From assembly GCA_965153285.1 (NCBI GenBank), contig OZ229115.1: DNA of 64,000 bases, one strand, 5' to 3'. The position numbers were made by a program, and so were the translations under genes. Of the stretch, positions 24,302 to 39,300 are shown piece after piece (positions within the stretch are counted from its first letter, which is position 1; each line of letters starts with the position of its first letter). The notes below the pieces were generated by a model that did not search any database, was not told the DNA's origin, and worked only from the letters and a program-made list of their open reading frames with translations. This stretch comes from Podarcis tiliguerta. Its lineage: Eukaryota.

Positions 24302-25604
24302 CTTATATCGATCAAACCACAGTACAATGCTGGTTTGCTTCGGTTGTCAGAACCTTTCCAGGCCGTTTCTGAGCCCTGTTTCCAGAGGTCCTTCTAACTG
24401 GAGATGGCAGGGGTTGAATGTGGGACATTCGACTTATGAAACACTGAACTATGGTCCTTCCACTAAATTTCAGGTTATAGCAGCCAAAATGCAAATATTC
24501 TTGGGGAACTATTCTATAGGCAGGCCTCCCGAGGAACTGCTGAACTCCATATCCTGGAATTGTGACCAGCTGTGTCCTGAGGAAATATTTTTATTAAAGT
24601 CTTCTCCCTAGCCTACTATTTTTGAATTTGATTAGCATAGGAGTGTATTTGATCTGGTGTGCCAGATCAAAAACTGGCCACTTCTCCCATGTGGCATCAT
24701 ATACTAATGTCAGGTGGATTGGAGCCCACCAGAAGACGACAGGCCTTTCATTTGGTACTGAATTTAAAAAGCATCAAGTGCATACCCCATTGCAAAGGAA
24801 CAATTGGAAGCGCAACCTAAACCATGTGCTCCCAATTGTTCCTCAGCAGTAGGTCTTGTATTTGACGTTGTTTGGCTACAAGTCAAGCCCTGCTTCTTGA
24901 CTCCCAATGGGGCTTGCATTCAGCAACAAATTTAGGTGGCATCAAATGCAAACTCTGTTGCACAGGTGTTCTCCCAATAATTTGTTGGCAGCTATGACTT
25001 TATCTGCTCTGCACCTGTTGTCGCATGATGCTAAGTGAGTGACAAGTGGAGGGCGCTGTCCAAAAATGGCTGCACAGGCCAAGCCGGCTAGCCTGGAGAG
25101 CCTAAATTTGCCCATGAGCTAGATGCTTCCATCCCTGTTCTAGAACAAGAGCCCGGAAAATGTTGAACTACAATTCTCATCCCCACCCCAACTATTGCCC
25201 ATTTTGGCTGATATGAGTTGGAATTTAACATCTGGAGGGCAACCCAGAATATCATAGGCTGAACTCTTGGCCAGCTGAAGTCAATGAAGCTTTGAGACTG
25301 AAATGTCTCTGCAAAATTGCCCAGTATTTCATTAAGTATCTCTATGTTTCCTGGCCACAGTAACACTGAAAACCCATTGGTAAACAGGTCAGAGAGTGAA
25401 AAAGGATCATCTCATTTATCCAATAATATTTGGAATTCTCAGTCTGAATTTTAGACAATAGATCAGTTTCACCTAATAAATGTAGCAGAACAATAGTAGC
25501 AGCTGATGCATACCAAACTGTGTTAGAGTTTAGAAATGGAGATTTACCCACTTTACTAAGAGATAAGAACTCCAGGGCCTACAGGATTAGATTCCAGGAC
25601 AGCA

Positions 25605-25605
<1 letters not shown>

Positions 25606-25637
<32 letters not shown>

Positions 25638-25654
25638 AGTGAGAGAGAGAGAGA
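25606..25654. repeat. (TG)n(AG)n microsatellite
   Basis: Read directly from the sequence. Confidence 0.93.
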
Positions 25655-25832
25655 TTTGTTTTAAGCTGTTTTTAATGCTGTATTTTACATTGCTGTAACC
25701 CACCCTGGGACCTTCTGCTGAAGGTTTATAAAAGTCAAACAATAACTACAAGAGATTTACAGAATCCTTATAGCATACAAGTTTTTGTTTATATTATGAA
25801 ATATACGAGTATCGGTCATAAGCAGATTCCTA

Positions 25833-26006
<174 letters not shown>

Positions 26007-26929
26007 CTACTGTACACATGACTGACCTTTAATGTACCGTATATTCAAGGAGGGATGTGTGATGAAGAAGAAGAACAGAGGCCTGTGCTGGCAACACAAA
26101 AGCTTCATTTTGTGAACTGATTGTCAGGAGCCCTTACCTGTGGTCCCTTTATAGCATGTGTGTCTTCTCTGGAGGGGGGACGGGCTCCAGAGAAGTCAGA
26201 GTCAGATTTTTATGAAAAAATATAAACAATCATTGAAAAGATTAGCAGGGAACATACATTGTCATGTGGCGCCAATGGGAGCTTTCCTTCCATTATGTAT
26301 GGCAGGTGCCGGGGGAGGATACGATTTTGATCAGGACCATGATAGGGGCAAAGGGTTACAGCTTCTCTCCACCAGGCCACAACCTCAATCCAGCTCACTT
26401 ACTACCCCAGTGCAGTGGCTGTGGACACCATTATTATTACTATAGAAGTACCTGCTGGATTAGGCCAATGACCCATCTATAGTTCAGCATCCTATTCTCA
26501 TAGTGGCCAACCAGATGCCTGTGGGAAACCAGTAAGTAGGATTCAAGCATGAGACTACTCTCCCCTCCTGTGGTTTCCAGAAACTGGTATTCAGAAGCAT
26601 TGCTGCCTCCAACCATGAACATAGCAATTATGGCTAGGGGCCTTCTTTTTCTTTGGCTGTGGAAGGTGGTTGCCTGTTCTTTTTTGTCTGTGCTTTATTT
26701 ATTTAGGATATGAGCATCTTGCCTTTTTTTGGGGGGGGGGAGGTGTTATTGGGGAGTTCTGAGCATTGCCCTTTTTTTTTCTGTGAAATGTATATTTTGT
26801 GGTGCGCATCACCATTTCTTTGGGCCCTCCTGGACCCAAAAGGTTGGGGACCCCTGGTTTACAGCTTTTTAGCTTGTAAGCTTCTCAGCCAAGGTCTTTT
26901 GGAGATGGAAGAGAGCAGAGAAAAAGTAA

Positions 26930-27410
26930 AGGCAGAACAGGAGAATTCCAGGCCAGGGCTTTTTCAGTGATGGCTCCGACCTGGTGGAATGCTCTGTCCC
27001 ACAAGACTAGGGCCCTGCAGGACTTGATCTCCTTCTGCAGGGCCTGTAAGACAGAGTTATTCCGTCTGCCCTTCAGTTTGAATTAGCCTGATCCTCTATT
27101 CCCTTTTCCCTTTCCTCTTCTATGAAGAAACTCTTTCTGGGACCCCACATTTAAATTATTCCCTTGCCGGCCCTAGTAGTAAATTAGTCTCCTTGCCAGC
27201 CCTAGTAGGACCAACTTGGCCAGTTAGCCCTGGTGATCATTTGATGTCTAGTGACTGGGGTCCCTACCATGACCCCTGAATTTTTGAATTTTATTGATAT
27301 TGATGCTGCATTTTATATTGTATTGTTTTATATTTGCTGTTAGCCACCCTGAGCCCGGTTTTTAAACCAGGAAGGGCGGGGTATAAATAAAAAAAATATT
27401 TATTTATTAA
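26930..27410 (+). mobile_element. L2/CR1-clade LINE 3' fragment
   Basis: A 'RAFSVxAPxWWNALP'-type ORF2 tail followed by a 3' UTR ending gggcggggtataaataaa. Boundaries approximate. Confidence 0.65.
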
Positions 27411-27872
27411 TGTCCTCAGTTTTTAAAGAGACCTATATCCAAAGCTGATGGTGCCATTGTATTGTTTTAGTGTTTTAAATTATAAAACTGCCTTGAATGC
27501 ATTCAATGCACACAGTAAGAAAGAAAGCAGATTTTAAAAAACCCCTAATAAGGATGAAAAACCTGTGTTTATAATGTTGGCTTGTAAATGTTGGTTTGTA
27601 ATGGTGGCTGTATATCTGTTTATGGTATATCTGTATATCTGTTTATGGTGAGTATTAGAGCACACTAGGCTACTGAACAGAGTATTTTAAATTGGGAAGT
27701 GGATTGATTCTTCTTTTCATTCAGGTCATCAATGAATCACAGATGCTTGCTTATGCTTTTTTCTCTGTCTCTGTCAGCCAAGCATGCAGGCAAGAAAACA
27801 TCTTGTGGGCTAAAAACTGTGGTGGACATTTGCAAACTCATTGGGGTAAAGACTATTGGGGAATGACACTTA

Positions 27873-28148
<276 letters not shown>

Positions 28149-28461
28149 TTATGTGTAGAATATAGGGCAGCCTTGAATCCCCTGAAATTACGTTTGGCTC
28201 AGGAGTGAGACCGTAACTTTAAGCAGCGTATCTTCAAGCTGCCTACGGAATAAGGCTGCAGTTCTATGCATGTTAAGTCTAAACAAGATTCCGCTGAAAT
28301 CAATAATCCTCTTCATTCATGAAATAAACACGTGGAGCTGGGTTACCTATCCTCAGCGTCTAGGCACTGAGTATGTCTGAAAGAGAGTCTTCAAGACTGT
28401 TACTATTTTGTGGGTGGGATTCACTGGTATACTGGCAAATTTAAGACTGTAATTGGAGCTC

Positions 28462-28626
28462 NNNNNNNNNNNNNNNNNNNNNNNNNNNNNNNNNNNNNNN
28501 NNNNNNNNNNNNNNNNNNNNNNNNNNNNNNNNNNNNNNNNNNNNNNNNNNNNNNNNNNNNNNNNNNNNNNNNNNNNNNNNNNNNNNNNNNNNNNNNNNNN
28601 NNNNNNNNNNNNNNNNNNNNNNNNNN
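28462..28626. other. Assembly gap (165 N)
   Basis: Run of N inside a CAMK1G intron. No coding exon is missing, because the flanking exons join in phase. Confidence 0.99.
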
Positions 28627-29057
28627 AAGAAAAGCAACAGGATAATGCAGTGGAAAGTATGGAATGAAATTCCATTGATGCAACATTAAACAACCTCTCT
28701 ACCAGCAAACCATAATTAATGTCCAATAAGCAGCTGATGTTGTAGAACCGCCCACAAACTTTGTGCAAATAGATCAGGACAAATGTTCAATAAACAGAAC
28801 GTTCAATTTCGAAGCGACTCTAGTATATAAAACTGTAGAAAAGAAGACGCAATGTGACTGATCTTCCAAAGGGTTCCCAATCACAAAGAGAACGCCCTCG
28901 AGGCTTCAAACATGCTGTTATATGTATGGGGCTGTGGGGGCCAGACACATGGGATCACTCTATGCATTCAGAAAACATACACACAGGAGCAATGAGTTGG
29001 AGATCAAGATGTTGCGTATGCATCAACCTGCAGGTTGAGATAGCAATTTTCATTTTA

Positions 29058-29348
<291 letters not shown>

Positions 29349-29365
29349 CTAGGGATAAAGGTTGA

Positions 29366-29940
29366 GAGTATAGCATCTAGATCAAGGGAAGTAATAGTGC
29401 CACTGTATTCTGCTCTGGTCAGACCTCACCTGGAGTACTGTGTCCAGTTCTGGGCACCACAGTTCAAGAAGGACACTGACAAACTGGAACGTGTCCAGAG
29501 GAGGGCAACCAAAATGGTCAAAGGCCTGGAAACGATGCCTTATGAGGAACGTCTAAGGGAGCTGGGCATGTTTAGCCTGGAGAAGAGGAGGTTAAGGGGT
29601 GATATGATAGCCATGTTCAAATATATGAAGGGATGTCACATGGAGGAGGGAGAAAGGTTGTTTTCTGCTGCTCCAGAGAAGCGGACACGGAGCAATTGAT
29701 CCAAACTACAAGAAAGAAGATTCCATCTAAACATTAGGAAGAACTTCCTGACAGTAAGAGCTGTTCGACAGTGGAATTTGCTGCCAAGGAGTGTGGTGGA
29801 GTCTCCTTCTTTGGAGGTCTTTAAGCAGAGGCTTGACAACCATATGTCAGGAGTGCTCTGATGGTGTTTCCTGCTTGGCAGGGGGTTGGCCCTTGTGGTC
29901 TCTTCCAACTCTATGATTCTATGATTCTATGATTCTATGA
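29366..29940 (+). mobile_element. CR1 LINE 3' fragment (ORF2 C-terminus and tail)
   Basis: Reads [20 protein letters not shown]...[11 protein letters not shown]...RRLRGD, with an (ATTCTATG)n tail. Flanked by gagtata at 29366-29372 and 29939-29945. Confidence 0.95.
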
Positions 29941-30271
29941 GTATAAAGTAAAGTAAGATGTCTAAAGAAAGGGTTTCTTCCGTAGTTGCTCCCAAGTTCT
30001 GGAGCTTCATGTTAATGGAAACCTGTCTAGTCTCTGCTTATCTTCTGCTGGCAAAGACATTATTATTCAAAAAGACGTTTAGACTTGTTAGATGACAGTA
30101 TGGCAACTGACTGTAAATATGCAATTTGGGGCTTGGGACTGTTTGTTTTTTTTTTTTTTTTTTAAATAAACAAACAAACCCCTACCTGCTTTTGTGTTTT
30201 CTGTTTTAATTTGTTAGCTGCCTTGAGCATCATTTGGTGATGTTGAAGCAAAAATACTGTAGTAAGGATTA

Positions 30272-30610
<339 letters not shown>

Positions 30611-32340
30611 TCAGTGGGGTAGCAAAAGAGTTTTGGACCTGACTTGCGCTTCTTCAGGAAAATTCAGAGAAGCAAGATTCAACATTTAGATGTGCTGCAT
30701 AGGAAAAGGAGAAGCAACATATCTAAATGAACATTTGGTCACACCCACACTGTATTTTTAAAACACATCTCTCCACCCACAAAGAACAGATTGTAATGGT
30801 GCTGGGAATTGTAGCTCTGTGAGGGTAAACTACAGTTCCCATGATTCTTTGGGGGGGGGGCACATGCCTAAAATGTTTTGAGTCACTAAATATCTATTTC
30901 TACTATGGAATTGCTTCCGCTTCCTTCTCAGAGTTCCCATTTTTGTTGCAATATTTCACTGATCAGCCTATGATGAAGAAACTTGAAAATGCAGCTAGAT
31001 AATGGAAGTTCTGCCTCCCATTTCCTGGGTCTTGATAGGGTTTGTAAATAAAAACCCAGTCAGTAGTAATCAAAACTGGATGTACTAACATACTGAACCT
31101 AGTCCATGCATTTTTCTGCCATGTTTTCTTTGAAGAACAAGGATCAGTTTTCATTTAATCCTTTCAGTGCTTGAAATCCCCAGTCCCCAACCCTTTCCTC
31201 TGTAGTTTTGTTGGAAGCTGCACAGACTGGCTGGTGCAACCCAGTCATACAGGCAGATTATAAGAAAATAGTAACAGCAACAGCAACCAACTTTGCTCAC
31301 AAATCTCTTTCGAGTCTTCTGTGAAGCAATCTGATTTACTAGTACTTAATTGTCACAAAGTACCTTCATTAGAAGAATCAACCTTTAATCCAGCAAGGCT
31401 TTCGGAACCTGATTGCTGACACACTAACCTATTTTCTTTTTTTAATGGTCACAGTATGAAACCAAATCAGAAATCTCTCTCTTAATCCCTCAGGATTGCA
31501 TCCAAGCAAATCATTCCATTCACACAAGGACTTCTGCTTGCACAACAAAAGTTGCTCTCCCTCTACTCTCCCCATGCCCCACAAAATCTACTCCAGAACA
31601 AACTTGGGGAACTGCAGGGGAAGGAGTGGGAGGGGAAATTCCATTGTGCAAATGGAAGTACTTTTGTTAATGGGATGACTTCGTTGGCTACAATCCTTAG
31701 TTGCCTTTTTAAAAAAATGGGGGTGAGGTAGAGTCCGAAGATTTTTTTAGAATTCAACTGCCCACCATGGATGGGTCACTTGTATTGAAGAAGACACTCC
31801 CCACAACCCATTGACCAAAACACTTCAAGTGGAATAAAGGTGAAAAGTGGCCTGCACATGGATTTTAATGTCACTGGGATCAATCTCTTTAAAGCTGAAT
31901 AGTTTTAAAAAAGTGCTCTTCTCCCTTCTGTTCCAGATCCCTCCCTCAATCCCACCTACAATTTTCTTTTTCCTGCTCTGAATATCTCCTTCCTTATCAA
32001 GCTGTTATTAATGGAGGGGAGAAGTGGACTTATGGGTGGGTTTATGAAAATGAGGCTCACAATTGTACCATCTGCAATTCTGGGATATTGTGTGGATTTC
32101 ATGGCAAAGATGTGTATGATGGACCTCATTCATGCTGTCATTTCATAGCCAGAAGCTACTGAAGCAATGTGCAATAAGAGAAAATACAAGACTCTAAATA
32201 GAAAAACCTTAAAACCATTTCTACAGTTGCCCAACTAATATTCCATAAAATTGACTGTCAGACTTCAGAGAAAGCCTTAAACAAAATGTGGTAAGATGCA
32301 GCTCTTATAGCACAACAACTCACTGACATTTCTCTACTTA

Positions 32341-32439
<99 letters not shown>

Positions 32440-34049
32440 TCACAACATAGCAAGTGTCAGAAAATGTCAAACTAAAAGCAATTCCTCTCTTGTGCAACAC
32501 TTATTCCATTCAGAATGAAGCACCATTACTTCAACGTACTTATTTCGATCTACACAGGAAAGTGGGAAGCATCCTTTTTTTCTAAGCACTGTGAGTCTCT
32601 TCTGTTCAAGGAACAACAACAAAAAAATTGTTTGAAATTCTAAGAGCAAGAGAAATTTTCTTCCCAGCTATAACCAAAACCCCCCGCAGTACACTGGTAA
32701 GGAAAAGAGTTTATCTGTTTAGAAACCACACTGTTTCTGAAGCCTGCTATGTACACCCAGTATTTGGGAAGCATACCCCCATTCTTATTTATTACCTAAT
32801 TTATATACTGCTTCTTAGGGCAGAATTGCCCTTTCAAGTATACAATACAATAATCACCATCACAAAAAATAATGGGTTGCATCAAACGATTGCGTAACTG
32901 GCCTTCACCTCTCCAGTGCCCCATAACCCTTCCACATGCTCTCAAAATCGACTTTGGAAGGTTGGAGGAACTACCAGAATAAAGGAGGAATGCTGAGGAA
33001 GGAGAGGCTGGAGAAATTCCACTTGCAAACACTAGATTCCACCCAATAAAAATAATCATTCAAATAAAAACCTCCTTGCACTTATCTCATTAATGATGCA
33101 ACTAAAGGTTGAATTCCCTAGAAACAGCTCTTATATTTCCCTCCCTTCTTCTCTTAAGTTTCACCACGCCTTCTTAATAGTGTAAATATTTATTTGAGGG
33201 ATCAGAATGAAGGTTGAGATAATCCACCTTTTTGTTGCAATCATTGGATGAACAATTGGAATGAGTGGCATGAAAGAAATAACTATCTCCCATTGATTGA
33301 CTATGCTATATAATAATTCAAGGAACATTGCCTCTGAACATAGAGTTTTTATTTAGCTATCATGGTCCATCACCCTCATTTGCAAAAGATCATCAGGAAG
33401 TCCATTCTACATAATGCTAAAACCAGGTCTTTAGTGTGGTGGCACATGCTCTTTGGAACATATCTGGTGCTGTCTTTATTGCCTTATAGCTGGATGTTGA
33501 AAATTTTTCTCTTTCAAAAAGCCTTCAAAGTGGATCCTACCCTCTACCCCAGTTGGTATCTGCATGCATGCAAAATTACTTTCTTATACCCTGCCTGTAG
33601 GGCTGGGTTTTCATAAATGATATTGTTTTGTATGTGGTTTGAATTGTATTGCAAAATCACTGAGACGTTAAATTATTCCATTTATGAATCACAACAAGTC
33701 TATGGTGTTGCTAAGCCCTCACAAAAGCTTGCCACCCACTTTGAAAACCATGCCAATAAGCTAACATGTGCCATCTAAAGGCTGATTTAAATTTTAGCTG
33801 TTATATTCTGTTGGTTCCTGGATTGCAACATGGCAAGAATAGATCAGAAAACATATTTAAAGCATTTCTTTCTTTAGTGCATTAAATCAAATATGAAACT
33901 TCGCTGTTTCAGCTAAGACTTCTTCTGTCCCTCATGGGACATCTTTTTTGTTGATGCCCTTTAGTGCTTCATATATACATATCTAGTAGCCTTTTTGTGA
34001 GGCTCTGGAAACAGCACCTGGCTTTGTTTTGGTGTCCCAACTATACTTA

Positions 34050-34232
<183 letters not shown>

Positions 34233-34627
34233 TTAACTTCTATTACAGAACACATGCAGAAAACACTTTCACATCAATAGCCAGCAAGGAAAATGGTAAT
34301 AAATCAACACTCCTTTCATATGCAGATGGCATTAGTAATTAGACCTAGGGGGTTGGCTGCAAACTCAAGTATATTAATTGCATAAATACACAGTGGGATT
34401 TGAAGTTCTCTATCGAGTGATTGCATAGGAAATGTAGAGGGAAAACAGCAGTGTAGAGTGATGGCTGAAATACAACAGCTGCAAAGATTAAAAACAAAAC
34501 AAAAAACTTCTTGATAATGTATCATTGCAATGTATAAACCTAGAATGAAGACTTGGATTGATATGTTTGAAGATGGCATCAACATGGCAGCTTTCAATGA
34601 GGGGGAAGGAGGGGTTGGATGCATATC

Positions 34628-34765
34628 TAGAATCACAGAACTGTAGAATTGGAAGGGATGGTGAGAGTCCAACTCCTTGCAATGAAGGAATCTTTTGCCC
34701 AGTGTGAGGCTCAAACCCACCACCCTGCGATTAAGAGTCTTATGCTCTACTGACTGAACTACCAA
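34628..34765 (-). mobile_element. tRNA-Lys(CTT)-headed SINE with CR1-like tail
   Basis: Minus strand TAGTTCAGTCAGTAGAGCATAAGACTCTTAATCGCAGGGTGGTGGGTTTGAGCC, followed by cccttccaattctacagttctgtgattcta, a CR1-type 3' end. Confidence 0.78.
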
Positions 34766-36348
34766 GGCAAATCTAATACACATCCAACCTCTGGTGTCTT
34801 GGCCCTTTGCTTTCCCCTGCTATTTTCTGCTCCATTGATTCAGAAAGTGTCTATAGGACTAGAATGGGATGGGCATTCATAAACAGGTTGATTCCAGCAC
34901 ATCACACTTTTGGTCAGGCATTTCAGTACAGCACACATCCATTGTTGTAAAGGCTTGGGAAATGGTAGGAACTGTTTTTCTCTGGACGCCCTTGCGTTAG
35001 TGGTCAGGCTGTGCTGAGGGAATAATGATAGAATCTGCTTGCCTTCACACATGAACGAGCATGCTCATTGCCAGAAGGGTCCCCCAAATTCAAGGGCAGC
35101 TTTACCACACAGAGGGTGGGATGGCATAATTCAAGAGATGCCCCCCCCTCTCTCTCTCGCCTCCTGCCCCCTGCAACACTAGAAGCATCACACCCATCTA
35201 GTCTCTCTTGCATGTCTTCTGACATGGCCTGCTCTGCAAAGAAGCTCAGAATAAAATACCCTATGATCTTTGGTTGAAGGGCAACATCTACACTTAATAA
35301 ATGAATAATCGCAGTAAATTCAACAGTAATAAATATGACAGGAGAGGCCACAGATTTGCATAAAATTAGCTCGTGTTAGATGCAAGAGTTGGCGCCCCGG
35401 GACAGAGCGCAGGTTGAAAACTCCTTGTCGTGGCTGGAGTAGCTCTAGGATGATGCAGTTTGCATTTCTGCTTGTGTTATTTTATATTGTGTATGCCAGG
35501 CTGCTCACCTATATGGATCATGCACCAGCAGGTTCATTAAAATCCTGTAGTCAAACAATAGGTGGGAAATGACCAGTTATTTCAGCCACAGCAGAAACTT
35601 TCTTTTTTGGCCTCTGACCTTAGTTGTCCAGTTCTTGATCAGCCTACTAGCTGGGCTTAATTAAGACCTGATAAATGAACACCCATCGCAGCTTTCAGGT
35701 CTATGGCAGGAAGTGTATTTTTAACTTTTTTAAAGCTGGCAATCTTATTAAAGGCTTTTTTTGCAGGCAGCTAAACACATGGGCAGCCGAGATAGTGCTG
35801 TCTATTTTACAGGTCAATCGTGATTAATTCTCACCACCTGAGCAGCCCTTGCAGCTGGTAATGGCTACTCTACCGACATCTCCACAGGAGCTTCACACTT
35901 CTGAAGCAAGATTCTCCCAGAGCTGTCCTTCAGCCATGAGGAAATGCATTCTACAACTCGCATGGTGCATTTACTGGGAAGGGATCCCTAATGTTCTCTG
36001 GGAGGCAAAGTCAGCGGTTTCTCCAAAGCATTTTTAATGTTGCATCGATGGTTAACTTTTTGCAATGTTTGTGGTTTCTCTTCCCCCATTCACAGACCTA
36101 AGTGTCATTTTCAAAGAGAAACATAATTCAAAGCCATCTGGATAAAAAATGTCATATTCTTTATCCTTCAACTTCATTTCCCATTCAGTACGCCCACCTG
36201 CCTATTTACCTCATCTAGATGCTTCAATGATGCAAAAGTAAATTGAAGTTTAAATAAGCTAGAGACCTTAAAAAAAACCACCTGAACATGTTTTTTGTAT
36301 GTTTGCAGTACCTTCTTTGTAGTCCCTCTGTCTCTCCCTGCAAGCAAA

Positions 36349-36385
36349 TACACACACTTACACACACACACACACACACACACGC
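36349..36385. repeat. (AC)n microsatellite
   Basis: Read directly from the sequence. Confidence 0.92.
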
Positions 36386-39300
36386 ACTTAACATTGCTTT
36401 TTCGACCAAACAGATCCTGTCTATAGGCCCTTTTATGAGACATCTTGAACTCCTCAGGTACTAAACTTTTTTATTCTGCTCTTTGGTCAAAAGGGCCCTG
36501 GAGGAGATACATAAGAGCAATAAGAATAATATCATTAACCAGGTTATGTAAAAAGGTGGTGATAGGGACTGTCTCCTTCCTTAGTGTTCTTCCACTAACA
36601 GTGGAATCTGTGAGTCTTAGCCGGTGAAGGAGCAGCACTTAAAGACGATGTATGCCTTGTTGTCTTCTTCATCTTGTAAGCATGCCAAGACACCACAGTA
36701 ACTCAACCACTGGTGGAGAGAGGCCAATTTCTTTGATTTCTAGGCTTACATGACATCACAGCAGTTCAGCCAATGGCTTGGGAGGTCTTAGAATGTGCAG
36801 CCTATTCCTACTTCCTTTTTAGTGATCACACTGGTTAGTGATGGTGGTGTGCAGGGACACAGCAAAGCGCAGCAGATTCTTATCCACTCTCTATTGCTCC
36901 TCCCTTGTTGCATGACTCAGCAAGAGCTCTCTTTAAGCCATCTCCATGGTTATGATCTTCAGAGAAACCCTGTAGTTTTTTTCAGCAGCGCTTAATCTGC
37001 TGGGCTTGTGGGTTGTAGTCAGATGGGCTGGTAGAGACAGAGGGTCTATCTGGGAAATATCTGCATGGGGCAACTTGCATTTGGTATTCCTTGCAGGTAT
37101 ATCTGTTGCCAATTCGGCTGTCCCAGAAATACCAGTGGATGGCTGAAGCTGTGACTAGCACTGGCATATGGATGTTGTGCATCACAACAACAACAACAAC
37201 AACAACAAAAAGGTATAGGGAAAGAAGATAGGATGTTTACTCATTATTGATTCACTTCTTTGGCTAAACTGTTCTTCATGGATATCAGGATGGAACACAT
37301 GCCAGTTCCTAGATGATACTTGCCCTCAACAACCCATAATTTGTACAGCACAGCTGAACCTTCCTCAAACGTAAACAGTACTTTGGGGGTGGGGGTGGCA
37401 TAATGTCTGCTACCAATACTACTGTTAAGAATTGTGCAGAATAAGCCATATTCATTCCTGTTTCCTTTGGGTATTTGAAGGCAAGGCCAGACAAAATGAT
37501 ATCCCCACAATTAGCAATTGCATCAAGTCATAAGCATGCTACCCCACACAATCTAAATCAAGACTGTGGTGCAGCAAGTAGAGGCCTTTAACCTTTTGCC
37601 ACCTTCTAGGGGTTGCACCCAATACTCAGAGTAGAACCATTGAAATCAAATAACACAATGAACTTGGGGCCCATTGGTCATAGTGGGTTTACTCTGAGTA
37701 AAACTTCATTGGATACAACCCTGTGATCCCAACTGGCCACCTTGTGCCTCATATTTGCATTGGAACGAAAGTTCATAGTCACACCAAGGGGAGTTTTCTC
37801 CCAATGCAAATAGCAGATATGGGGCTCTGATCTAGATCAGGACTGCGTCTGTGGCAAAGGCCCCCTAACAGCCCCATAGGCCACATGACTGATCCACCAC
37901 ACCCACTACCAACTTTTTTTAATGCTATGTATTTAATGGCTAATTCTGAGAAAGTTGTCTAATTCATGTTGATCCTCAGCATGGCCTGTGCTCAGCTCAC
38001 CATGCCTGGTTTCTTTTTCTTTTTTTATGAGGTTTGGAAAACTCATGTGCTGCTTTTTTTTCTTTAAAGAGAACAGTAGCCTATTAACTTATGATCACAA
38101 ATGAAGAACCAGCAGGTTCCACGGTTTCACAGCGCACCTACACACATGTGGTGTGTGAACAGCTCGGAATGGTGGCGTTTTGATGAGATTCTGGGTGCTC
38201 TTGTCTCCATCTTGCACTTTATTTTATTCTCTTACCTGCCCTTTCCAGTAACGCTTCCCCACCGAAACGCCCACTGCATAGGGGAAGGAGTCAATTTCTA
38301 GCAGCATCTTTCCTCGTAACTGAAGACAGTAGGAAATCAGCAGCCCACAGCTCAGATGCTCCGGCATCTGTTCTATCTTTCATTTCTAAACAGTTTAAGA
38401 TAATTACAGCCCCACATTTAGACTACTTGAATCAACAAGCTGGTGCAGAGGAAACAAAAGCTTTCTCTCGCCTTCCTTCTGTATTGCACTGCAGGGTACT
38501 GGCTCTGGATAACTGATCTCATCCCTGGGGTGACTAACCATCGATGCATCACCAGCTTAGAACATGTGTTCATGAAAGCATAAGTGAAAAAGTCAGGCTA
38601 TACTCCCAATATATTTTAAAAGCATTTAAAGGAACAGACCTCTGTATATTCTTTTAAAACTAAAGCTCCAGTTCCATTACTATTCAAAGTCAGGTGAATT
38701 TATCAGTTTCAAATCCTTGAAATAGGGTTTTGCTTTTCTCTCTCTAGCAAATGAAGCTTTCATTTAACTGTATCAATTATATTTCAATTTTGCTCACAAT
38801 TCTTGTATCATTTTCCATTATAGGCCCACACTGACACTGGCTGTTTATAACTTTGTTATAAAGTGGAAGGGGGGCTTGGTACTTTGCGCAGGGGCTGTTT
38901 ATTTTGGCATTTCCTTCGCCTCTTGCACTTCAGTTGCCTGTTGCAGCAATGTACAAGCCGCAATTTACTTCTGTAACAGGAGAGTTACAAGCCGATTTCT
39001 GATTAGCCAGAAATAACAATCAGCTTTTAGATATAAAACAACCTATTTGGCCCTCCAGATGTTGCTGAACTACAACCCTCAGCAGGCATGGCAAATGGCT
39101 TGGGATGATGGGAGTTGTAGTTTCAGCAGCGTGTGGAGGGCCACAAGTTCCCCATACCTGACCTGCAGTTACATAACTCATTGCCAACACATGAAACTTG
39201 ACTTCTTTGCATGGTTAAGGGTTGGTATTAGAAGCGAGCAGGACTTTTATGCCTTTAACAGCTAGGGGACAGAAATATATTAAGTGGAATAAGCCTTTTG

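Noticed and set aside
25050-25075. REST/RE1 site (GGACAGCGCC half-site on the minus strand; a similar partial site near 35390)
   Set aside because: The left half TCAGCACC is missing or wrongly spaced.
26138-26184. Possible cassette exon in CAMK1G (donor CAG|GTAAGG, acceptors giving 31 or 47 nt)
   Set aside because: Both lengths shift the frame and there is no other support. Indistinguishable from a chance pseudo-exon without RNA data.
28462-28626. Missing exon hidden in the N gap
   Set aside because: The flanking exons join in phase (GYV-A-PEV) and the protein totals 476 aa with no missing motif.
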